A stretch of 64,000 nt of DNA from Phoronis australis (GCA_002633005.1 NMRA01000154.1:750948-814947); one strand, 5' to 3'; counted from the stretch's first letter, positions 52,500-63,900 are shown. The notes: generated by a model from the letters alone, not told the origin. Numbers and translations: made by a program.

Positions 52500-53593
52500 A
52501 AATCTACCGTAGATCATATGACCCCCCCAAAGAACAAAGTCCAGATCTATATTATGTGCCCCCTCAAATAGCAAAGACATTATTCCTTGTCAAATTTCTA
52601 AGAAGTGAGTTTGTGGCTTGGAAGGTTTGCCATTGTTTGAGTCCACTTAGTTCTACAAGACTAAAGTTGGCTTGTCATGCACCGAGCATGGTCCCAATCC
52701 AAGCTTAGAAACTACTTCTCATGCGAGTTAGAAACAAGTTGAGATCAGTTTTCTAGAGGTGAGTAATCAAAAGTTAGTTTCATTGACAAGATGCGAGTTT
52801 AAAGCCACTTTTAAAAGTGCAAAAACTGCTGGTCAGGAAACATATCAACTGAGCAATGCACAATAGGATATAATGCTGCAGTGCTACCACAAAACAATAA
52901 CATGAGGATGTTGTGTATTACATTAGGTGAAGTCCCATCAACCTGTATCCATTATACAGATGGTGTTTCCATGTGCTGGACCAATGTTTGTGTCATCCAA
53001 TAAAGTGATTAAATGAACACCATGATGTGTTATCTAAATGATTTGCAATGTTTATTAAGGGCTTTGAGTTTGTAATATTTTTGTTCCCTTGTTTCTGTTG
53101 TAGAAAGTGTATCACGCACTTAGTGTTTGCTGCTGTGGCATCTTGGTCTAACTAATTTAGTTACAGCTTTGAAAGTCACTTACCGAACTTTAGTTTAAAA
53201 GTTTGCATCTCTGTATTTTGAATATGTAATAAGTTTGTTAGCCTTCGTGTGCGTTTTAGAGCTCATGGTTTTGTAATTAAAAGTAACTGCTTTACTATCA
53301 TTTATAGTAATTGTTACTATTCTAGTTTTCATTTGCATACTTAAACATCGGATGCTTGTCACAAGTAGCCGCCATTGGTTAATTGAATGGTGTTAAAAAT
53401 GATTACAGGTGACTAGATTGTCAACGGGTTTTAAATTTAATTACTACACATTAGACATGATTATCAACTGAAACCTTTAATGCAGAAAATTTTTAATGTG
53501 CTTTTTGTTCCAATGGTGGTCATTTGTGTTTATTTACGTGTCTCTAACAATATTTTGCTTTTTTTCTTTTGCATTGCCTTGTGACTCTAACAG

Positions 53594-53599
53594 ACTCAG
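53594..53599 (+). CDS. Candidate 6-nt microexon (ACTCAG, adds LR)
   Basis: CTAAC near 53544, U-rich tract 53552-53570, TGC motifs, aacag| acceptor, CAG|gtacaa donor. Phase 2->2 within a phase-2 intron. Six nt cannot be proven from genomic DNA. Confidence 0.3.
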
Positions 53600-54982
53600 G
53601 TACAAGCTACACTCTGCTTGTTGTATGGTGTGATGTTATTATAACTACAGAGGTCGCCACAGTAGCACAGCATGATGCCTGTGGCACGTCTGCAACAGAA
53701 ACTTGACTGAGAAACTGCCAACTGTCAATTTTGAAACAGCAGTTTACTGATTAGCTGTTCTAAAGCACTTGAAATGCAGTTTGAAAGTTTGTTTTATCTA
53801 TGGTCATAAATCCAGTGGTAGCTAAGTGGGTCTTGGGCAGTGTGCTTTTCAGAGCAGCAAAAATGTTGCAACTACATAAAGTTGATAATTTATTTTATTA
53901 ACGACTAACTTCAAAAGCCCCGATACTGAACTGTTCGCAAATTGATATCGAAGTTGTGACTGTCTTAGCTCAAGCCCTGACTTGTGACCTTGCGATAAAA
54001 CAGGCCCACGATGAAATTTGTAAAATTTAAAATTTAATAAGAGTCAAGTTTGAGTTGCATTTCCTCCAGCATGCTATGTGCTTTTCACTTCCACTAAACA
54101 CTTTGTATTGTTTTATTGGAGATCACTTGGACGAATGCTATTTAAGTTAAATGTATTGGTGTTTGGACGAATTAAGAAGTCCTTACGTTACTACTGTAAA
54201 TCTAATCCTTGTCATGCTACCTGAATTCCTCAGTTGTCACCTCCTTAATGTCTTGCTAATACTTTTGAATGAAATGATACTTTTCTGTTGTGCAGAAATG
54301 ACTGCCCTTTTGTCTACAGTACTTAATGTGTTACCCAGTCCGTAAACCAATTAAAACAATAGTGTTCCTGAAGATAGATTTCATTTTGCTTCAACGATTT
54401 CCATTCAAAATCTGTTTCTAATGTTGAAGACACCAAAGTTTGGCAGTTGATTGGGTTATATGTGGCTGTATACAATTTGGATTGTTTTCTCTGAAATTTC
54501 TTGTTCTTACTGTTTTCCCTCTGTTGGCGTCTGTTGTCTCTGTCTCAGTAATTAACTAAAACATACTAATTGTGCCCAAGGCATGTGGGATGGAGATCTA
54601 ATAGCTTAACAAATTAATGTTTTGCGAAAATGATGATATGTGTGTAAAATTTTCATGAGATAATTACAATTTGGACTAGTAAATTCTTAGAATCATTAAA
54701 TTGGTGATTTAAATTTTTTACTTCCCCATAGTTGTCGTTCCCTAGTCCATTAATGCAACATGTTTTGCCCTATGTGACCTGGTGTTGTGTCATGCCATAC
54801 CTTATGACAAAACCCTTCCCATATGACAAATCCCTTCCCATAATTCACCGTCTGTGCATTTAGATACTCGCACATTTTTTGCACATTTTGCCACCACAGA
54901 GTTACTCGACTTAGATTTTGTGAGGCAATCTTCAAATAAATATCACTGATCTGTTGATGTAAGCTCTTTTTCTCTCTTGTAG

Positions 54983-55116
54983 ATTCCGCCATGCTGCCAT
55001 CAATTCCATTCTTGGTCACAAAAAGTCTCACTCCAGGCCTATAACACCCAAACCCAAAATGGTTGGCATAGTGGACCAAGTTCGTGCCAACTCACAGTTG
55101 AATCAGATGAATGAAG
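54983..55116 (+). CDS. SLC8A: NCX linker exon (R-FRHAAINSILGHKKSHSRPITPKPKMVGIVDQVRANSQLNQMNE)
   Basis: ctctttttctctcttgtag| acceptor, AAG|gtaaag donor, 134 nt, phase 2->1, open frame. Not in the ORF track. Confidence 0.85.
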
Positions 55117-56030
55117 GTAAAGAATTGTACTTCAAATGAATTAATGACAGTGTTTCATTTTTATGTGCCTATGTAAACATGTACATATCATATGGGCGTC
55201 GAGTGTTTGCTGCTATATCTCCTAAGCCGCTAGCACGATCTTTATGAGATTTGGGGGATGTGTTTCTGTGAAGCTGACGACAGATACGACGACAAGTTTT
55301 GGACAGATCCAGTCACTGCTGTACTCCTTAGAAGTAATTCTCTTTTTACCATTTGCGTCTGTATTTTTGGGGTTGCTTGTCGGATTTTCATAAAATTTCA
55401 TAAACAAGTATGGGGGAGTTGGCTAGCTCTTCCCACCTGCAAACGGGTTTGACAAATTTTGTAGTACCTAATGCGTATCACCACCATAGGAAGCATACTG
55501 TTTGCGATGCAGTCGTCAGTGGCGGATTTTGAGGGGGGCCAAGTGGGCTATGCTCCCCTAAAATTCTCCGAGATTCCATTTGGCAGTTCGGGGGTGCCAT
55601 TGTCTGACGGGCAACATCCCGGCAAACACTTGGCCCTGACCCCCACCCAAAATCTGGATCCATTACTGGTCGTTGGAACATTTCAGTGCTTTGTATTCTT
55701 GTTAAATATCTGGTGATTTAACTGAACGAGTGCAAATGTCAAACTTTTTTTTGACAAAACACTTGGACAATTTATGTAAACTTTAAATATATCAGCAAAT
55801 CTATGCAGTATGACAAATACTGTACTGGAAAATTACAAAATTTAATTCTATAGGGTATTACAATTTTGGGCTTGATACTCAATCTGTCTACGACTGTCAA
55901 GACTAAGTCCTTGGCTTATTCTAGTCTTCTAGTCAACACTACAATGCAGCTCCGTATTCAGTTGGATCTAACTATCCAAGTTAAAGTCCAGTGGGTACTG
56001 TGACATTTTGTGTTATATTGTTCATTACAG

Positions 56031-56130
56031 AGGATATGTGCGGCAAGTTTACCTTTGCTGCACCAAGCTATTCTGTTCTGGAGAGTGCTGGCACGCTGGA
56101 AGTGGATGTGTTGTTTCACCGCAAGAAAAT
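56031..56130 (+). CDS. SLC8A: NCX CBD1 (Calx-beta) strands A-B ([33 protein letters not shown])
   Basis: ttgttcattacag| acceptor, AAT|gtgagt donor, 100 nt, phase 1->2. Typical Calx-beta start F.F...Y.V.E..G. Confidence 0.92.
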
Positions 56131-56557
56131 GTGAGTGTTTATAAGTGATCTTAGAGCTCGCGAGGGCTCCTAAAAATTCAGTGTTACCGTGATTTGGTAC
56201 TCAAAGTGTATCTCTGCTGTCTTAGTTGTTGTGGACATTTTTATTCCGCTGTGGTTTTCTCAGTGGATAATGTTCCCACTGTAGTGGTGGTCGTCAGCTC
56301 AGTTTTTGTAATCGATGTAGGATTCGTGCTAGTTTTGAATGGTACCTCATAAGCTTTTCAGTTATCCTTTCAGAATTGTATAATATTATGTTGTATGCTG
56401 AACCTATTTGAGTCAAATTTCTTCTGACCTATCTAACGTCTTCACGGCACTGAACAAGAAAATCTATAATGTGTGAGATGAAATTATCAATAAAAAAACA
56501 AACGAAATGTTGACTTTTGCATGTGGAAATCAATTTGTTTTAAATTTTGTTTTTCAG

Positions 56558-56582
56558 ATCCAAGTCCACTTTAAAAGTTGCT
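56558..56582 (+). CDS. SLC8A: NCX 25-nt frame-restoring microexon (I-SKSTLKVA)
   Basis: ttttgtttttcag| acceptor, GCT|gtgagt donor. Converts phase 2 to phase 0, exactly as the flanking exons require. Confidence 0.8.
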
Positions 56583-57161
56583 GTGAGTAGTCTTTAAGTT
56601 CTAATTGTTGAAAAGACAAGTAATTTTCTCTAGTTTAGAATACCGTAGTTGCACTGGCTAAAAAATACTCGATTGAGACACTGTATATATGTTGCTGCTC
56701 TTGAACGATTTTTTTAATTCAAATTTTTACTTCCAATGTTTTACAGCTTGATGAACCCAGGATTAAGTAATTGTGTTCAGACCAACTAAATCCGGTTAAT
56801 ATACGTTTTTCACAGTTACTACCCTTATTTAATTTATAACCGACAGTCACAAAACTGTTAAAACCCAAGTTCCTGGTTATAGCATCCTTTGTTATGTGGA
56901 GAGCATTAATTATTGCTTTTGCATTTCTGCTTAATATACTGTTGAGTTCAGGTTATAACGTTACAAGTGCTTTCTAAACCCCCTCACAGAGGTGTAGAAC
57001 GGAGTGTTGTAACCCTTCGGTGGTATGGGACATTTGTAAAAAACAAAATTTTTAGTCTCCTAAAACAACAGTACATTACTGTGTCCTGTGGTATGGAGTT
57101 AAGGTATGCTCGGGGTAACAATAGAAGTTATTTTACCCCCAAGTTATTTTCCTTTTCTCAG

Positions 57162-57341
57162 AATGGTGGAACTGCCATTGCCAACAACAACACTGACGAA
57201 AAGGAAACCACTCTAACAGAAGTTACACCTATGGACAGGGAACTGGAAGACATTATCACAGGAGTTGTCTCAGTTGATTTTGAGACACGCGAAGGAACTG
57301 CTAAGATGGACAAAGATTTCAAATTTGCTCAAGGAAAACTG
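57162..57341 (+). CDS. SLC8A: NCX CBD1 insertion plus strands C-D (...ITGVVSVDFETREGTAKMDKDFKFAQGKL)
   Basis: ttttccttttctcag| acceptor, CTG|gtaagc donor, 180 nt, phase 0->0. Calx-beta motif V.VDF.T..GTA....DF....G.L. Confidence 0.92.
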
Positions 57342-57714
57342 GTAAGCTCCGTTTCAATTCCAGTGAAACTTATATTGTGCAATAATTTATCATATTATTT
57401 TGGAAATTAATCATTCAACCCGAATGCATTGTCAAGTTCAAATTTGAATATATCAATTTAACTGCAATCATTTTAAAATTATCTGATATCATTTTTGGCT
57501 TTAGTAATGGACTTACCCAGAGTATGAAAATGATATCTTTATACTAAACATGGAACCTGAGAGATCAGTGAAATGCCTTATTAGCTGGACACTCAGGTCT
57601 CAGTTGTGCAATGCTCCAAACTATATTTCATGAATTTAACTTCCAGAAAACAGCTGAGAAACCTGCATGTTAGGCAACCCGACGCAATGTTTTGCAGGAT
57701 GATGCTTTCATTCT

Positions 57715-58875
57715 TATGTGCCACCTCCCCCCCAGGCTTTATATTGCCGTCATAAGCTCTGTTTGGGCATCTGGTGTAGGCTGTTGTATCTCCTAAATTC
57801 CTTGCCCGATTTTCATGAGATTCAGTAGAGTCGACGTGTTCCTTTGAAGCTAACTGCAGATGAGTTTCGGACTGAACCGATTGCTGCTGTTACCCCTTAG
57901 TAGCAGATTTGGTTTTTTAACTTTGCTTCTGTTTCTACCAAGTTCCTTGACAGCTTTTTTCAAAAAATGGCAAACAGGTTTCTACTGAAACACCAGCAGC
58001 TTTCGAATGCATTTGACGATTTTCAACCCCTGTCGGTCATCTTAATTTATTTTTAGTCTGCTTCTCTATTTGCCAAATCCCTTGAAGGCCATGATTGGGA
58101 AGTTTGGAAGATATATTCTTATTGAGGAGAGCACTTCTGACATTGATTTTTCGACAGGTATTGCTACTGTGGTGTCCCCTAGTGGCAATTTTTCTTTTTG
58201 CCTTGTTTTAGTAGTGCCTCAGTATCTACTAAGTTTGTTGATGGACCCGAGTATTGTGCTGTTTCCTTGTGGAAATTATGATTTTCTTTACATCTGCCTC
58301 AGTATTTACCAACTTCCTTCTATGGAACTTGGTGTAATAGAGCATATGTGCTCCTACACTCCTTATTCTGAAAATTGTATCTCGTATAATGGTTCCAGAT
58401 TTTAGTTAATATATGTCTTATACAAGGATGGTAGTATGTTCCCATTTTTGGATGGATATAAAGTATTCTGTGCTCCTTGTGACCAATTTTTTATTACTTT
58501 TACCTGCTTCTGTGGCATTTGCTTCTATATAGTCGCCAAAGTGCTTGAAGGATCATTTTGAAAATTGACGGGTTTGTTCCTAGTGAGAAGACTGACTTTG
58601 ATATTCAGATGGTTCTATCTATTGTGGCACTCTGTAGGTGCATGTATTTCATCCGCGGCTATATTTCCTTTATCCTTTGTGGGATGTCTGTGGCAAGTGT
58701 TTCCCAGGAATGTGAGAACAACTTTACTTTTGGACATATCTGTGCCCCCTAGTGGCAGTTTAATTTTTTACCACGGCCTGTTTTATTTGACAGATTTTCA
58801 GGAATTACAGAGACAACAACACCTTTTAAACTGTGGAGAGATTTGATTATTCTGTGCCACCTAGTGGCCATTTTT
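57715..58875 (+). repeat. Degenerate subrepeat-rich repeat family (ttcatgaaatttgg / gcc.cctagtggc)
   Basis: The same subrepeats occur at ~22680-23200, ~55190-55440, ~62770-63900 and reversed at ~1037-1370. Confidence 0.6.
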
Positions 58876-59458
58876 AGATTTGTGCATCAATTACCTAAAA
58901 AACCACTGAGTCACTGATCTGTCTTTTCAATCATGCTGTCCTTATCCATTAATTCCCATCACTTACCTATCATCCTGTCATTACCCATTATCAAATTACC
59001 TAACAAACTCTTACTAGATATAAATTTCACGATTCTCTTGTGTTTGAAGGCTGTTGTTTTTTGCCATCTTATGATGTTAGAGAGTGTGAGATTTTTTATG
59101 TAAATTTGTAATTTTACTTACAGTTAAGTAACTATGTAAGTAAAAGTATGCATAACCTTTAAAATTTCGGTGAGATTAGATGTTACTTAACTTCCATTTT
59201 CCTTCTGAATAATGTGATTTTGAAGAGATTCATTTGAGACTCATTTTAGATGTAAAATATTTTTCTTGTCACGTACACCGCTTTAAGGCAAATGTCTTGA
59301 AGAGCCGGTCAAATGCTGTTAAAAGACGTCAAGTAAATGCAACTATTTTTGTTGAATCTCGTACTCTCTTCTACTCATTAAGAGATCCTGTAGTATGTCA
59401 TTTAATTGTTGTGTTTCTATGGGTGAGTTTGATGACCAGAGAGATTCCACTGTTTTAG

Positions 59459-59621
59459 ATTTTCCACGAGGAAGAATTCTGTAAAACCATCTCCATACCC
59501 ATAGTGGCTGATCACCAGTGGGAGGGAGACAATGAGTTTTACGTTATTTTGAAAAACCCACAAGGTGACTCGGGCCTTGGGGACCCCAGTGTTACACGCG
59601 TCCTGATTATTGATGATGACG
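59459..59621 (+). CDS. SLC8A: NCX CBD1 strands E-G, mutually exclusive exon 'A' (IFHEEEFCKTISIPIVADHQWEGDNEFYVILKNPQGDSGLGDPSVTRVLIIDDD)
   Basis: ctgttttag| acceptor, ACG|gtaggt donor, 163 nt, phase 0->1. Calx-beta C-terminal half ending in IIDDD. Confidence 0.92.
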
Positions 59622-59893
59622 GTAGGTGCAGACATGGTTTGAAAAGATCGCTTGATCGGCTTGGGTATGAGCAACTTCAAATTTAGCAAGCCAAGTGATT
59701 TTTATCAAAATAACTTTTTAGCTGCCGTAGTTGTGTTGAGCACCAATTGGTGCATTATACTGGCAGTGAGACTTGTAAAACAGATGGACAGAAATTTTAT
59801 TTTTTTTTTAAGTTGCTCAGGCTTGCTGATTAAGTGACTTGTTTGTTATGAGTTTGTGTGTGTTTTCAAAGATACCACATTTGTTCATTTTAG

Positions 59894-60056
59894 GTATTTG
59901 CAGAGCACGAGTATAGGAAGACAATTTCGGTTCCGATTATCAACGATTTGAATTTCCATAATAATGTTGAGTTCTACGTTATATTAAAAAATCCCGATGG
60001 GGACGCGGGTATTGGCGACCCAAGCATCACCCGTTGCACAATAGTTGATGATGATG
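59894..60056 (+). CDS. SLC8A: NCX CBD1 strands E-G, mutually exclusive exon 'B' (VFAEHEYRKTISVPIINDLNFHNNVEFYVILKNPDGDAGIGDPSITRCTIVDDD)
   Basis: ttgttcattttag| acceptor, ATG|gtaaga donor. Same length (163 nt) and phases as exon A, 32/54 aa identical by manual alignment. Confidence 0.92.
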
Positions 60057-62769
60057 GTAAGATAGTCCCCAGTTTTGCACTCCTCTATCCAACTTTTCGC
60101 TGTTTTGCCTGTGTGTTTCACCTCTATGCCTTCCCGGGAGTTTCTCTTCACTGTTTTAAATGATTCAGCCCGTGCCTTTGCATACACTGAGCTTTAAATG
60201 CACTCTCCAGGTGTCACTCCTCAGCAATGGTCATAAGATAATCCAATGATTTGGACTTTTGTTACTAATACATAATGTCCGTTTTCTCTCCTCTATGCTT
60301 AGTTCTAAGGAGTGACCCAGGGATACCCACTGTAATTTCGCTCACACACAGTTAACCCAAGGGAGTTGACCTCAAACAATATAACTTTTACTGTTGCTGT
60401 GTTGTATCTCACATATTAAAATACAGAAAGCTGCTCATCTTATATATGTTTGTATGTGAGATTGCCAAATTCTGTTTCCATGGAGTGTCAAATGTATTTA
60501 TAAGGTGTTTATTTTTGCCACATTTTACTTTGGGAAAATGAAAAATGTGGACTACGCTTAATCAAATCTAACTTGAACAGATCTCTGTAAAAATTGTATC
60601 ATCAATCACATTTGACAAACTTATATACTCGTAAGACGCGTTTTGCGTGACTACCTCGGTCTTTACTGAATTCTGTCCCTTCGCACTAGTTGCTTCATCC
60701 TAATGTATGCTCCTCAAGCCAATGAGCTGCGAAAATAGTCACTGGAGAACATCTTCACTTAGTGAAGGTCACATTTTATTGAGCGATGAAACTAACAAGG
60801 TGATGTCACACTGCTGTTATTCCGTTTTGCAACATTCTTGCTGTCTCCACTGCAAGCCTATCTGACTGCCATGCATCATGGGTCCTGGGCATCTAACTGG
60901 ACGCCCTAGCACTAATCTGGACACTCTGGCAAGGACGCCCAATGTATCATTTGGACGCCCACTGTCAATAGGAACCTTTCAAGTTTGGACTAGCACATTG
61001 TAATGAATATTAGGAAGCCTCTGAAGGCTCAAAGTGGGGGCTCTTTTTTCAAAGCAGGAAGAAATATACAATGTATATACAAAGTATATATATTGTTGCT
61101 TTGCTCACACTTGGTAGATAGCATTGTAAAAGTCTTGGTCTACAGTTTTTTTTTAGTAAAAGTGCTCACTAGAGAAGGCTGTTTGTAAACTTAAATGTAA
61201 AAACCATGGTCTTTGCATTTTTTAAAAAAATCTGTGTGTTTAGGGGGATTACTTGGGGTGGGGGGTTACGCGTCGGAATCATGGATGCCCTGCAATATTG
61301 GGAACCCCATTTTGGACACCCTATTTTCGAAATCCTGGATAAAGGCCTGCTGACAGCACCACAATAGCTTAGGCTTTTGCTGGTGTTAGAAGGTAGAATG
61401 CAGTTGAATTTACACAAAAATAAAATTAATGTAAGGTCTGTAACTCAGCATAGTGGAACTCGGCCAATAAAACTATCTCAACACACACAAGTGTGAGACC
61501 CTCAGCAGAGACTAGCTGTATACAACAATGTGATGATAGACAGCACACTTTTGGAGAGCTTAGTTTGATTTCAGAATGAAGCTCATCCTTAGCAATCCTT
61601 TGGCAAAGTAATTTCTGTATCCTCATTTAACACACTCCCTTCCACACAGTGCAATGTCCTACACATACCTTGCTTTCATTTCCTTTCTTTTAGTCACGCT
61701 CTCAAAACTCAAGGGTAATAATCCTTTCTGTAGTTATTGAGTACATAGTATGTGCTTTTAAGACCTAGTAGTCATTGGTATAGTCTTGGTGTTACATGTG
61801 ACAGGGACGGATATGATTAGTTTAAGGATGGGGGCGTCACTAATATCTCTATGGTGCATCCTGTCATTATCATCTGTGTGAAATGATCCCTCAGAGTCAA
61901 CTATGTGGAGTATCCCCCGTCGTCATCTACTCTCAACCAGGCTATTTCAGTTACTGAGTTTAGTTTAAGAATATGCAACTGCATAAGGCCAAAAAGCATA
62001 AGTGATTCTGGTATTTTTTCTTGCTCGTTAATAATTTTAAAACTAAGGAAAATGCACCTGAGGTTAAACCAAAATGACGAGGGATTTTTGTTAATTTTGC
62101 CCATTGTTTTGTACATCATGGTCTTCAAAACATGGCTTGTTCTTGCTGACTGGCTTTTGTGCATCTTTTTAAAAAAGCACAAGACCAGTAGGCTGACATT
62201 GATGGGGCAAGCATTTTTTTCTTAGTCGATGAGTACTGGTCTCAAAGTGAGTCGGATTAACGACCAGAACCAACCAATGCTTTTTTGGCCTAAAATCAGA
62301 TATGGTTGTGGGTGTATTGAGTTAATCCGTCCCTGTTCACTTTGCTATATAGTTGTATCTGGGTTACCATAGTAACTTTTAGAAAGCATTGCTATTCAAT
62401 TCTAGATGTATATAGCTGAAACTCGCTAAGCATTGATGTGTAGAGTTTGATTAGAATACATTTTAGCACTTGCTTGTTAGATTTTATTGAATGATGTGTT
62501 GTGATGAAGGCGTAATTAGTTATTTTAACTAAAATGTTATTGGTTTGATGTGTAGATGACACCAGCTTGCAAGTTTTAGTAAAATGGACAAGACATAGAT
62601 CTGTCATTATCTTGCAAAAATTGCTACATGTAAACAACGCACTTACTGTGCATTTTTAATTATAATTAATGTTTTAGTCTCATTTTCTTAAATAACACCA
62701 GTGGGATCATATGTTAGATTCTGTTGACTCTAAACTGATTCTGCATTTCAATACATTTTTCAGATACAC

Positions 62770-63900
62770 TTTTATGCGCCTACGATATATGGCGTCATCC
62801 CCATCCATCCGTCCATAAGGCGTCCACTTCTGTATCTTCAATACCCCTTCATGGATTTTGTGAAATTTTGCAGACATGCTTGTGTCATGAATGAGACAAC
62901 ACAAATGAATTGTTTTGACAGATCTGACCACCGCTGTTCCTCCTAATGGCCATTTCATTTTTTTATGTTTGTCTCAGTCTGTAAATTAAAGATCTTTCCT
63001 TGACGAATTTCCATCTGTGACGGATTCAACATAGCACCACTTAGTGGCCATTTTACTGTGGCACCCCGTAGTGGCTGTTTTTGCTAAGACCCCTGCAAGA
63101 TATTTGTTAAATTTGGCAAGTGTATTTCTATGAACGGGACAATGGATAACGGCAACTTTCGGACATAATTGCAGCAACAGTTGTACTTCATCCCTGGTGG
63201 TAATTTTAGTTTTTCACTGTCTTTTGTATATTCAAAATTCCTTGATTAATTTTCATGAAATTTGGCAATAAGTTTACTTTTTTGGATGAATTTGCGCAAA
63301 TAGTGTGCCACCTACTAGCCATTTTTATTATTTTTTTCAAATTTCATTTTGGTGTCTGCCTTCTATCTCCAAACCACTAAGAATTGATAATGAAAATTTA
63401 TTTGGTAATTGTGTTTCTTCTGGAAAGTTCCTGGCAAAACATGATGTTTGGACAGACTTACTGATGTGGTGCCCTCTATTGACAATTTTGTTGTTTTTGC
63501 CTCAGTGGTTCCATATCTACCATGTACCTCAATAGATAGTCTTGAAATTTATACGTGGTTTTATTGAGGAGAATATAAGTGATGCGAATTTTGTGTCAAA
63601 TTTAACTACTGTGGAATCTCCTACAGGCAATGTTTGTCTTTGCGTTTGCCTGAATATCAAGTTCTATGATGCATGTTCATGAAATTTGGCTAATAAGTTA
63701 CTATCATGAACACATCACAAACCCTGTTGCAGACGGATTTGACCTACATTGCCCCCCTACCGGCCTTTTTATTGTTTTTTGTCTGTTCTTTGTTGTCCTC
63801 CCCATAATCTTCCAAACTTTGTGGAGAATCGTGATGAAAATTGACAAGTGTGTTCCTATTAAGGAAAGCATTGCTGACTTCTTTTGCACCCTATAGGGGT
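62770..63900 (+). repeat. Same subrepeat-rich repeat family downstream of exon B
   Basis: Repeated tttcatgaaatttggc and gc.cc.c.tagtggc motifs. Confidence 0.6.

Noticed and set aside
56747-56766. Possible extra microexon (ttttacag|CTTGATGAACCCAGGATTAA|gtaatt)
   Set aside because: 20 nt is incompatible with the phases of the neighbouring exons, either added to or replacing the 25-nt exon.
59459-60056. Exons A and B as an assembly artefact or as two consecutive Calx-beta domains
   Set aside because: There is no N, synonymous divergence is heavy and the flanks are unrelated. No N-terminal half-domain lies between them, and joining them frameshifts to a stop.
61901-62182. Minus-strand ORF ending RVDDDGG, mimicking a third CBD exon
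   Set aside because: Wrong strand and no other Calx-beta residues. I found no third A/B-like exon or the next phase-1 exon before 64000.
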